From Candidatus Iainarchaeum sp. (GTDB lineage: Archaea > Micrarchaeota > Micrarchaeia > Anstonellales > Bilamarchaeaceae), in NCBI GenBank assembly GCA_028686985.1, contig JAQUBA010000002.1, positions 20,745 to 84,744 of the forward strand: 64,000 nt of DNA, read 5' to 3'. Numbering within the stretch: position 1 is the stretch's first letter; every line of letters begins with the position of its first letter. Positions 1-7,184 of the stretch are shown here, one piece after another. A program made the position numbers and the translations under genes. Under the pieces are notes generated by a model. The model was given only the letters and a program-made list of their open reading frames with translations. It ran no database searches and was not told where the DNA came from.

Positions 1-226
1 GGAACGGGAATAATGATATCCTATAATCCGGGTACGGCTTGAAGGACGCGGACGTGAAATAGTACACCCTCTTGTCCTTGTTCTCCGCCTTGTCCCTCTT
101 GCTCCCCGGGGTGAATATGTACACCTCGTGCCCCCGCTTCTCCAGTTCCGCCCTGTACGCGAGGAGGAAGGTCACCACGCCGTCCACGTTCGGGAGGTAC
201 GTGTCAGTAAAATATGCTATCTTCAT
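1..226 (-). CDS. GT4-family glycosyltransferase (N-terminal part, truncated by window edge)
   Basis: Own translation MKIAYFTDTYLPNVDGVVTFLLAYRAELEKRGHEVYIFTP is a typical GT4 N-terminus; ATG overlaps the prs stop (ATGA). Confidence 0.85.
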   Translation of the reverse strand, partial: MKIAYFTDTYLPNVDGVVTFLLAYRAELEKRGHEVYIFTPGSKRDKAENKDKRVYYFTSASFKPYPDYRISLFPF

Positions 227-1062
227 ATGCCTACCAGGGATTCCACTTTTCTCTTTATGGAAACCTCAGAGACCGGGGACGGTACCGAATCCGAAACAAA
301 AACATCCCCAAGCGCCCCCAATTTCTGGAGCGAATCCTTCAGGAAAAACCCGTGCGTCGCAGCAAACGCAATCTTCTTCGCCCCTTTTTGCTTCAGGGTT
401 TCCGCCGCCCTTATCATGGTGGAGCCGGTTGAAATCATGTCGTCAAGGATGAGCACGTCCTTTCCCTTTATCTCAAAGTCCGCCCTTATCCCCTCTATTC
501 TTCGGTAGGCTTCCCCACCTTCCTGGTATTCCCCGCGGACCTTCTCCATGCTCTTGCCGCCGCTCCTTTCCACGAGATAACTTGCTCCCAGGTCCGGGCT
601 CACTATCTCAAACCCGTCCCCGAACTTCCCCTTCGCCCTCTCTATAAGCTCAGCGCCCATGGACAAGCTGGCTATCTTCAGCCCCCCGTATTCCGCCTCG
701 CCCGCCTTCTTCATGAAATGGCAGTCAAAGGTTATGAGGCGGTCCGCGCCCGCCCACTTGAGCATCTCGCACACGTATTCCGCGCTCTTCGCCTCGCCCT
801 CCTTGAAGATTTTGTCCTGCCTTGAGTAGGGGAGGTAAGGGGCGACCAATGCCGTGCGGTAGCCCTTCTCCTTGAGCGTCCTGAGCATGAGCACTGCCTG
901 CATCAGCGCCTTGTCCTGCTCCGGGTACAATCTGTGCAGCAGGAACACGGGGCCGTCCGCCTTCAAATCCACCAGGCGCACATAGTCGTCCCCGTCCGGG
1001 AACTGCTTCATCTCTATGTTCGGCTCATACAAATCCGAACAGTTGGGAGAAACGAACCTCAT
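223..1062 (-). CDS. prs: Ribose-phosphate pyrophosphokinase
   Basis: FPDG, PYLPYSRQDK, SPDLGA and LDDMISTGST PRPP-binding motifs. Confidence 0.95.
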   Translation of the reverse strand: MRFVSPNCSDLYEPNIEMKQFPDGDDYVRLVDLKADGPVFLLHRLYPEQDKALMQAVLMLRTLKEKGYRTALVAPYLPYSRQDKIFKEGEAKSAEYVCEMLKWAGADRLITFDCHFMKKAGEAEYGGLKIASLSMGAELIERAKGKFGDGFEIVSPDLGASYLVERSGGKSMEKVRGEYQEGGEAYRRIEGIRADFEIKGKDVLILDDMISTGSTMIRAAETLKQKGAKKIAFAATHGFFLKDSLQKLGALGDVFVSDSVPSPVSEVSIKRKVESLVGI

Positions 1063-1104
1063 GTATTCACGTTATCCGGAACGTTTTTTAAGCCCGTCCA
1101 GCGC

Positions 1105-1536
1105 TCAGACCAGCTCTTCCGGCTTGAAAACCCTCTCGCAGTATCCGCACCTGTACTTCTGCCCCTCCAGACTGAACTTCCCAGGGGTTTTCTCCTGCGC
1201 GGTTATGCAGTTGGGGTTCGGGCACTTCCCGGTACCCTGCAGCTCCCCGGGAAGCTCGGCCTGCTTCTTCTCCACCACCTTCCCGTCCTTAACCAAATCA
1301 ACGGTAGCGCGGGGGGAGACCAGCGCAATCGCGTCCGTTTTCTCTTTAGAGATGAGTATGCCCTCCACTTTCAATATGTCCTTCTTCCCCATCTTCTGGG
1401 AAGGGACATTCATTACAAGAGCAACGCGGTTCCCGCTCTTTTCGTCTATCCCAAGGATGTCCAGGACCTTCTTCCCCATCCCTGCCTTTATGTGGTCCAC
1501 GACCGTCCCGTGCTCAATAATATCAACCTTCAGCAT
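1105..1536 (-). CDS. pyrI: Aspartate carbamoyltransferase regulatory chain
   Basis: GTVVDHI, KKDILKVE, CPNPNCIT and CGYCE zinc site; adjacent to pyrB. Confidence 0.95.
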   Translation of the reverse strand: MLKVDIIEHGTVVDHIKAGMGKKVLDILGIDEKSGNRVALVMNVPSQKMGKKDILKVEGILISKEKTDAIALVSPRATVDLVKDGKVVEKKQAELPGELQGTGKCPNPNCITAQEKTPGKFSLEGQKYRCGYCERVFKPEELV

Positions 1537-1546
1537 CCATACCACC

Positions 1547-2446
1547 TCATGCGCCCTCCAGGAGCATCTTAATGCACGCCATCCTCACCGGAATCCCGTT
1601 CCTCGCCTGCTCAAAATACTTCGCCTGCGGCATCGCGTCCACATCCGGCGGAATCTCGTCTATTTTAGGAAGCGGATGCATTATGACCAGGTCCTTCTTC
1701 CCGTTCTTTATGTAGTCCGCGGAGATGGTGAACTCCTTCTTCACCTTAGCCGCCTCGTACTTGTCCGCGAACCGCTCCTCCTGCACCCTGCACACATACA
1801 GCACGTCCGCGTCCTTCAGGTCTATGGAGCCCCTGCTCTCCATCTTGAAATTGAATTTCTTCTCAGCCTCGTGGATTATGTGCTCCTCCAGCTCCAGCCC
1901 CTTCGGCGCGACCATCGTGACCTTCGCCCCGAACATCCCCAGGCCGTACACGAGGGAGTGCATCGTCCGCGCGTGCTTCAAATCCCCGACGAGATGAACG
2001 TTCAGCCCCGCAATCTTCCCCTTCAGTTTCCTAATCGTGTAAAGGTCCAGAAGCGTCTGCGTCGGGTGCTGGTTCGCCCCGTCCCCCCCGTTCAGCACCG
2101 GCGCCTCGGCCACTTCGGCCGCCATCCTCGCGGCCCCTTCCGCAGGGTGCCTCATCGCAATCACATCACAGTACCCGTCAACCGTCCTTATCGTATCCGT
2201 AAAGGACTCCCCCTTCTTCAGGGAGCTCCGGTCCGCAAGGAAATCCACCACCTGCAGCCCCAGCCTTTCCGCAGATGATTGGAACGATAATTTAGTTCTG
2301 GTAGAGGGCTCAAAAAACAGCGTCGCCATTATGCCCTCCAGCTTCTCCACCTTCTTCCTTTCAAGCTGGTGGTCCATGTCCTCGGCAATCCCAAAAATCT
2401 TTTCCACTGTCCCCTTATCCAGGTCTCTGAACGATATCAAGTCCAT
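1547..2446 (-). CDS. pyrB: Aspartate carbamoyltransferase catalytic chain
   Basis: FFEPSTRT, HPTQTLLD, GDLKHART, HPLP motifs; start placed at MDLISF. Confidence 0.96.
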   Translation of the reverse strand: MDLISFRDLDKGTVEKIFGIAEDMDHQLERKKVEKLEGIMATLFFEPSTRTKLSFQSSAERLGLQVVDFLADRSSLKKGESFTDTIRTVDGYCDVIAMRHPAEGAARMAAEVAEAPVLNGGDGANQHPTQTLLDLYTIRKLKGKIAGLNVHLVGDLKHARTMHSLVYGLGMFGAKVTMVAPKGLELEEHIIHEAEKKFNFKMESRGSIDLKDADVLYVCRVQEERFADKYEAAKVKKEFTISADYIKNGKKDLVIMHPLPKIDEIPPDVDAMPQAKYFEQARNGIPVRMACIKMLLEGA

Positions 2447-2503
2447 TCCAAAACCCCCTACAATTAGATGCATATAATGTATGTATAAATATAAAAAGAT
2501 GCG

Positions 2504-2773
2504 CTACTCCTCCGCTTTCTTCACCGTCTTCTTCTTCGCGCTTATCTCCTTCCCGCCCGCGAAGATGCAAAAATCCACCTGCACTTCGGTCCCCTTCCCT
2601 CCCATGACTATCTTCTGCACAATCTGCACGTTCTTAGGAGGTGGAAGCTTGTCCGCCTTTGCCCAGTCGCACACCTGCGCCCAGAGGTTCTTGTAGTTCG
2701 CATGGACGGAATCAGATGCGAACGCTTCGGCGAAATTCTCCGCCATCACCTTCCATTTCTCTTCCATCGCCAT
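2504..2773 (-). CDS. Small hypothetical protein
   Basis: Lys-rich ORF with GAGGA RBS before ATG; divergent from tmk. Confidence 0.6.
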   Translation of the reverse strand: MAMEEKWKVMAENFAEAFASDSVHANYKNLWAQVCDWAKADKLPPPKNVQIVQKIVMGGKGTEVQVDFCIFAGGKEISAKKKTVKKAEE

Positions 2774-2819
2774 TTCCTCATACCGCATGTTTTTAATCCT
2801 ATTATACAAATCCGCACAT

Positions 2820-3380
2820 ATGTTCGTGGTGGTGGAGGGCATAGACGGTTCAGGCAAGGACACCCAGATAGACCTCCTGCGAAAAGAGATGGAATTCTCC
2901 TATTTCAAGCACCCCACGCAGACCTTCCCCACGATGAGGGAATATCTTGATGGAAAGCTCCTCCTTGAGCCGAAGGCCCTATTCATGCTCTTCCTCTCGG
3001 ACATCGCCAACACCCAGCGCAGCATAGCGAACTCAAGCGGGATGACGATAGTGGACAGGTACGTATTCTCCACAATAGCGTATGAGATAGAGGGGATCTC
3101 ATACTACGGCGCAAAATCCATCGTTGAGACCGTGGGCTATTTCGCCCCGGACAAGGTGATACTCTTTGACATACCCGCATCCCTCGCAACCGAGAGGAAA
3201 AGGGCCCAGAAAAGCCCGGACAGGTACGAGAGCAACCCCGGATACCTGGAAAGGGTGCGCGAGCGCTTCATCCAATTGGCCGAGGACAAGTTCATGACGC
3301 CAAACTGGACCATAATAGACGCCTCAAAAAGCGTGGATGAGGTCCATAGGGATTTTGTAAACGCGCTCAGGCCTCGGTGA
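2820..3380 (+). CDS. tmk: Thymidylate kinase
   Basis: EGIDGSGKDTQ P-loop and DRYVFSTIAY motif. Confidence 0.92.
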   Translation: MFVVVEGIDGSGKDTQIDLLRKEMEFSYFKHPTQTFPTMREYLDGKLLLEPKALFMLFLSDIANTQRSIANSSGMTIVDRYVFSTIAYEIEGISYYGAKSIVETVGYFAPDKVILFDIPASLATERKRAQKSPDRYESNPGYLERVRERFIQLAEDKFMTPNWTIIDASKSVDEVHRDFVNALRPR

Positions 3381-3451
3381 TTCCAGGCAGCCGCAGTAGT
3401 TTATTAAAAATGTATGGCGGCTCTTATACTTCACTGATTTGAGAATCAGAC

Positions 3452-3526
3452 GCTCCCATCGTCTAGACCGGTCAAGGATGCTGGCCTTTCAAGCCAGTGG
3501 CCCGGGTTCAAATCCCGGTGGGAGCA
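3452..3526 (+). tRNA. tRNA-Glu(TTC)
   Basis: GCTCCCA/TGGGAGC acceptor stem, CTGGC-CT-TTC-AA-GCCAG anticodon arm, GGTTCAAATCC T-arm. Confidence 0.96.
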
Positions 3527-3532
3527 ATCATT

Positions 3533-4189
3533 TTATTCTACAAATTTTTCTGCTAATTCTAATACCTTTTCTCTTGATAGGCAATGGTTTGGATCATCTT
3601 CGCTAGATTCGTAAGATTGAACACTCACTAAAAAAAGATTGCCCTTATCAATAAACTCAACGGTCCAAATACCAGGAGCTCCATAAATTATTGCATCATC
3701 TTTAAAATCTACATTTTCATATTCAAGGGATAATTGTTCCCGTCTATAATTAAGATCTGATTTACCATAATCTACTCCAAACCAAATGATAGTTCTGATT
3801 CCTTCAGAGTCATTTGATAATTTGTATAGACAAGTAGTTTCATCAACTGGCACTCGAGTACCATTAATTATTTCATAAAGTTCAAAGCTAATATAGATAT
3901 TACCAGTGCAATTTGTATTATTTGAATTTTGCAGTCTGTTATCGATAATATCAATCTCTCTAACCTGATTATCGCACATACGTTCAATATCTTCGACACT
4001 CAGCTTGCAGATTTCTGAAGTTTTATTCCTAGATTGCATAAAGGACTCTTCAACGTTACTCATTTCAGATATGTCATCAAATCTCGAAGCGTTTTTTTCA
4101 ACCGAAATGGGTCCGCCAATGCATCCAAGCGTAAAGTAGACCAATAGAATTATGATTATCAAATATTTCATAAGCCTCTCACTAATCAA
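3533..4189 (-). CDS. AT-rich putative lipoprotein
   Basis: MKYLIIIILLVYFTLGC lipobox-like signal; markedly lower GC than flanks. Confidence 0.7.
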   Translation of the reverse strand: MISERLMKYLIIIILLVYFTLGCIGGPISVEKNASRFDDISEMSNVEESFMQSRNKTSEICKLSVEDIERMCDNQVREIDIIDNRLQNSNNTNCTGNIYISFELYEIINGTRVPVDETTCLYKLSNDSEGIRTIIWFGVDYGKSDLNYRREQLSLEYENVDFKDDAIIYGAPGIWTVEFIDKGNLFLVSVQSYESSEDDPNHCLSREKVLELAEKFVE

Positions 4190-4350
4190 TACTTAAATAG
4201 GTTTAAATGGCATACGTTCTTTTGCATTATTGAGAAGATCATATTTAGCCAATTGTAATAGAAAAATGTAAACGCTTATTCCGCCAACTTCGCAGAAAAA
4301 TCCGAAAATTCCTGCTGTCTGGTCCATATACGGTGGTTTCCAGCTTCATT

Positions 4351-4390
4351 TTTATACCCTTCTATACCTAAGTATACCTATGTATACTAC
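4351..4390 (+). promoter_or_regulatory. Four 10-bp-phased TATAC repeats over TA promoter/start codon (putative operator)
   Basis: tttataccct-tctataccta-agtataccta-tgtatactac. Confidence 0.5.
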
Positions 4391-4601
4391 AATAAAGATT
4401 TCAACCCAGACCAAAGAAGTCCTTGACACCATGAAGATAGTGGATGGGGAGACATACGAGCAGATAATAGAGGACCTTATAGAAGATCATCTATCCCTAA
4501 ACCCACAATTCAAGAAAGACCTGGAGGCTTCCCGCAAGGAATACCGGCAGGGAAAGACAGTGAGCTTCTCCGCGATAAAGGCAAAGCTGAAGAGTGAATA
4601 G
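4380..4601 (+). CDS. Antitoxin (RHH-type) of type II TA pair
   Basis: N-terminal TTIKIS...ETYEQII; C-terminal LEASRKEYRQGKTVSF; directly upstream of RelE-like gene. Confidence 0.8.
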   Translation: MYTTIKISTQTKEVLDTMKIVDGETYEQIIEDLIEDHLSLNPQFKKDLEASRKEYRQGKTVSFSAIKAKLKSE

Positions 4602-4850
4602 ATGTACGAAATAGTCTTCACCAAAAAGGCGGAGAAGGATTTCGATTCGCTAGACCACGGGATGAAGCGGCGGGTTGTGCAGGTTCTTGAAAGGATCAGG
4701 CTGGACCCGGAGCCATTCCTCAAAAGGCTATCCGGCACCGATTCCTACCGGCTGAGGGTTGGCGACTACCGCGTAATAATCGATTTGGAGGAAGCAAAAA
4801 AGGAATTGGTGGTGCTAAGAATAGGGCATCGGAAGAACGTCTACGGCTAA
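4602..4850 (+). CDS. relE: RelE/ParE-family toxin
   Basis: YEIVFTKKAEKDF...YRLRVGDYRVI...IGHRKNVY. Confidence 0.9.
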   Translation: MYEIVFTKKAEKDFDSLDHGMKRRVVQVLERIRLDPEPFLKRLSGTDSYRLRVGDYRVIIDLEEAKKELVVLRIGHRKNVYG

Positions 4851-4852
4851 CC

Positions 4853-5053
4853 CTACCCCTCGTTCTCCTCCTCCTGCTCCTCCTCGTCGGGGCGCAGCTT
4901 CACCATCATCTCACCGCAGCAAGCAGGAATCTCTATTTCATCCTTGCAGACGACGCACGTGAGCTTGTTCCCCTCGCGCTCCATCTCCTCGTCGCAGCAG
5001 TTGTCGTCCACATCGTATTTCTTGCCGCACTTGGGGCATTCGTACGTTGACAT
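4853..5053 (-). CDS. Small Cys-rich protein with two desulforedoxin-like CxxC...CC motifs
   Basis: YECPKCG..CCDEEM and LTCVVCK..CCGEMM, acidic tail. Confidence 0.7.
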   Translation of the reverse strand: MSTYECPKCGKKYDVDDNCCDEEMEREGNKLTCVVCKDEIEIPACCGEMMVKLRPDEEEQEEENEG

Positions 5054-5088
5054 GAGGGGCAGTTAGGCAGGAAACAATAAATAGATGC

Positions 5089-6057
5089 CTATTCCCTCCC
5101 AACCACGCCCATTTGTGCGAGGAGCGCCTCCACCTGTATCCTCTCGTTCGCCCCTTCCACCAATCTAAAATTGTACTCCCCAATCCTGTCCACCAAATAG
5201 ATTTTCCTCTTCTCCGGGATATCCAGGTTGGCGACTTCCCTGTAAAGCTGCAATATCACATCTTCCCCGGAAAGCCCGTACTCCATCATGAGCACGTTCA
5301 GCTTCTCCCGTGCGGCGGTAAAGCTCCCTTTGAGCGCAAGGTCGGCCATCTCCCTTATCTCCTTCGGACGCGCACGGGCGGAAATCTTATACACGACATC
5401 AGGCGTTATTTTTTTGGAGTGTATGGAGGCGCCCTGGAGCATGTTTATCGCCTTCCTCATGTCCCCCTCGGATACGTAGAAGATTGCATCAAACGCATCC
5501 TTCCCCACATCCAATTTCTCGCTCGCCGCCACCTTTTCCAGCATCTTGCGCACGTCCGCCTCTTTCAATGGAACAAAACGGAAGATTGCGCACCTGCTCT
5601 GTATCGGCTCTATAATCTTGGATGAATAGTTGCAGGAGAGTATGAACCTCGTCTGCCCGGAATAGATCTCCATCGTCCTGCGCAGCGCATGCTGCGCCTC
5701 CGGGGTGAGCGCGTCCGCCTCGTCAAGGAACACTATCTTGAAGGGAATGTCCCTGAGGGAAACGCTCCTCGCGAAATCCTTTATCTTGCCTCGCACTATG
5801 TCTATCCCCCTCTCGTCCGAGGCATTCAATTCCAAAATCTTCCCTTCCAGCTCGTTCCCGTACAATTCGTGCGCAAGCGCCAGCGTCGCCGTGGTCTTCC
5901 CCACGCCGGGCGGCCCCGCAAACAGCAGATTGGGCATGTCCTTCTTCTGGGCGAACGCCTCCAGCGTCCTCATGTTGTTCTCCTGGCCCGCCACATCCGC
6001 AAGCCTTTTCGGGCGGTATTTCTCGGTCCAGGGAAGAAGCGCATCAGCCATCAGCAT
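5089..6057 (-). CDS. rfcS: Replication factor C small subunit
   Basis: PWTEKYRP, GPPGVGKTT, ELNASDERG, DEAD, SRC motifs. Confidence 0.97.
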   Translation of the reverse strand: MLMADALLPWTEKYRPKRLADVAGQENNMRTLEAFAQKKDMPNLLFAGPPGVGKTTATLALAHELYGNELEGKILELNASDERGIDIVRGKIKDFARSVSLRDIPFKIVFLDEADALTPEAQHALRRTMEIYSGQTRFILSCNYSSKIIEPIQSRCAIFRFVPLKEADVRKMLEKVAASEKLDVGKDAFDAIFYVSEGDMRKAINMLQGASIHSKKITPDVVYKISARARPKEIREMADLALKGSFTAAREKLNVLMMEYGLSGEDVILQLYREVANLDIPEKRKIYLVDRIGEYNFRLVEGANERIQVEALLAQMGVVGRE

Positions 6058-6125
6058 AACCCCGTAGTGGATTTAAGGACACAGTAATTTAAACGTTTCC
6101 AGCCGAATACGATAGAAGTGGTCAC

Positions 6126-6812
6126 ATGGACAGGGTAAAGACCGGAATAGCAGGCATGGATGAACTTCTCAACGGAGGGATACCGCTCCACAGGCACGTG
6201 GCGGTCTACGGCGGCCCCGGCGCGGGCAAGTCATCCCTCTGCTTTGAATACCTGTACAGGGGCGTGGAGATGGGGGAGAACGGACTCTACATCTCGCTGG
6301 AGGAGACGCCCGACGACTTCCTCGCCAACATGTCCGGCGCATTCTCAGGCTTCAAGGACGTGGAGAAGATGGTGAAGAAGGGCGACCTGGCGATTGTCAA
6401 GCCGGACAAGCTGGACCTTGAGACCGTGGCGGAGCTCCTTGAGGAGAGCATAACCAAGAGCGACGTGCGCCGAGCGGTGATAGACTCCGCGACCATGATA
6501 AGGATGTCGTTCAAGGACATCGCCGACTACAGGCAGACAATCTTTGAGTTCTTCTCCCTGCTCAGGAACCTGGACTGCACCGCACTCATGACCGTGGAGG
6601 CGCCTGCACAGGACCTCGCAGCAACGGGCTTTGAGATTGAGCATTTCGTCATGGACGGCATAATCAACCTCTACAACCTCGGCAAGGCGGAGACCCGCAT
6701 AAAGGCCGTGGAGGTGTACAAGATGAGGGGCACGGACCACGTGAGGGACAAGGTCCCGTACAGGATAACCCCCGACGGCATAAAGATCTACGTTGGGGAG
6801 AAGGTATTCTGA
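6126..6812 (+). CDS. Single-domain KaiC/RAD55-like ATPase
   Basis: RVKTGIAGMDELL, GGPGAGKS, ISLEE, VIDS, KMRGTDH. Confidence 0.9.
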   Translation: MDRVKTGIAGMDELLNGGIPLHRHVAVYGGPGAGKSSLCFEYLYRGVEMGENGLYISLEETPDDFLANMSGAFSGFKDVEKMVKKGDLAIVKPDKLDLETVAELLEESITKSDVRRAVIDSATMIRMSFKDIADYRQTIFEFFSLLRNLDCTALMTVEAPAQDLAATGFEIEHFVMDGIINLYNLGKAETRIKAVEVYKMRGTDHVRDKVPYRITPDGIKIYVGEKVF

Positions 6813-6821
6813 GTTGAACAC

Positions 6822-7172
6822 ATGGACAGCAAGCAGCGCGAGGCGGTTTTCGCATTCTTCCTCTGCATCCTGTTTGCAGCCCTCATGGTGTTCCTGAACC
6901 TGTTCGGGCTGAAGGCGCAGCCGCTCTTCAGCTTCCTCGCGCTCCTTTCCGCCGCGTTGCTCGGCTACCTGATCTCCCTCAAGGGGGGGGACGTGGGGCT
7001 GAAGCCCCTCCATGCGGCGATGCTGCTCCTGCTCGCGCTGTTCGCCGCCTCGCTCAAGTCCGAGCTCGGCGTATTCATACTCCCCACGGTCGCGATACCG
7101 GTCGCCGTGGTGCTGCTGATGTCGCTCCTGGGGCCGCTCAGGGCGTCTCTTTTCGTGAGGAAGAAGGAATAG
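6822..7172 (+). CDS. Small membrane protein (~4 TM)
   Basis: Four hydrophobic segments; sits between KaiC-like gene and ileS. Confidence 0.7.
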   Translation: MDSKQREAVFAFFLCILFAALMVFLNLFGLKAQPLFSFLALLSAALLGYLISLKGGDVGLKPLHAAMLLLLALFAASLKSELGVFILPTVAIPVAVVLLMSLLGPLRASLFVRKKE

Positions 7173-7184
7173 GAAGTGCTTTGA

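Noticed and set aside
1016-2278. 420-aa forward ORF
   Set aside because: Antisense to pyrI/pyrB
3434-3449. CTGATT/AATCAG hairpin before tRNA-Glu
   Set aside because: Short; plausibly chance or an ordinary pre-tRNA leader feature
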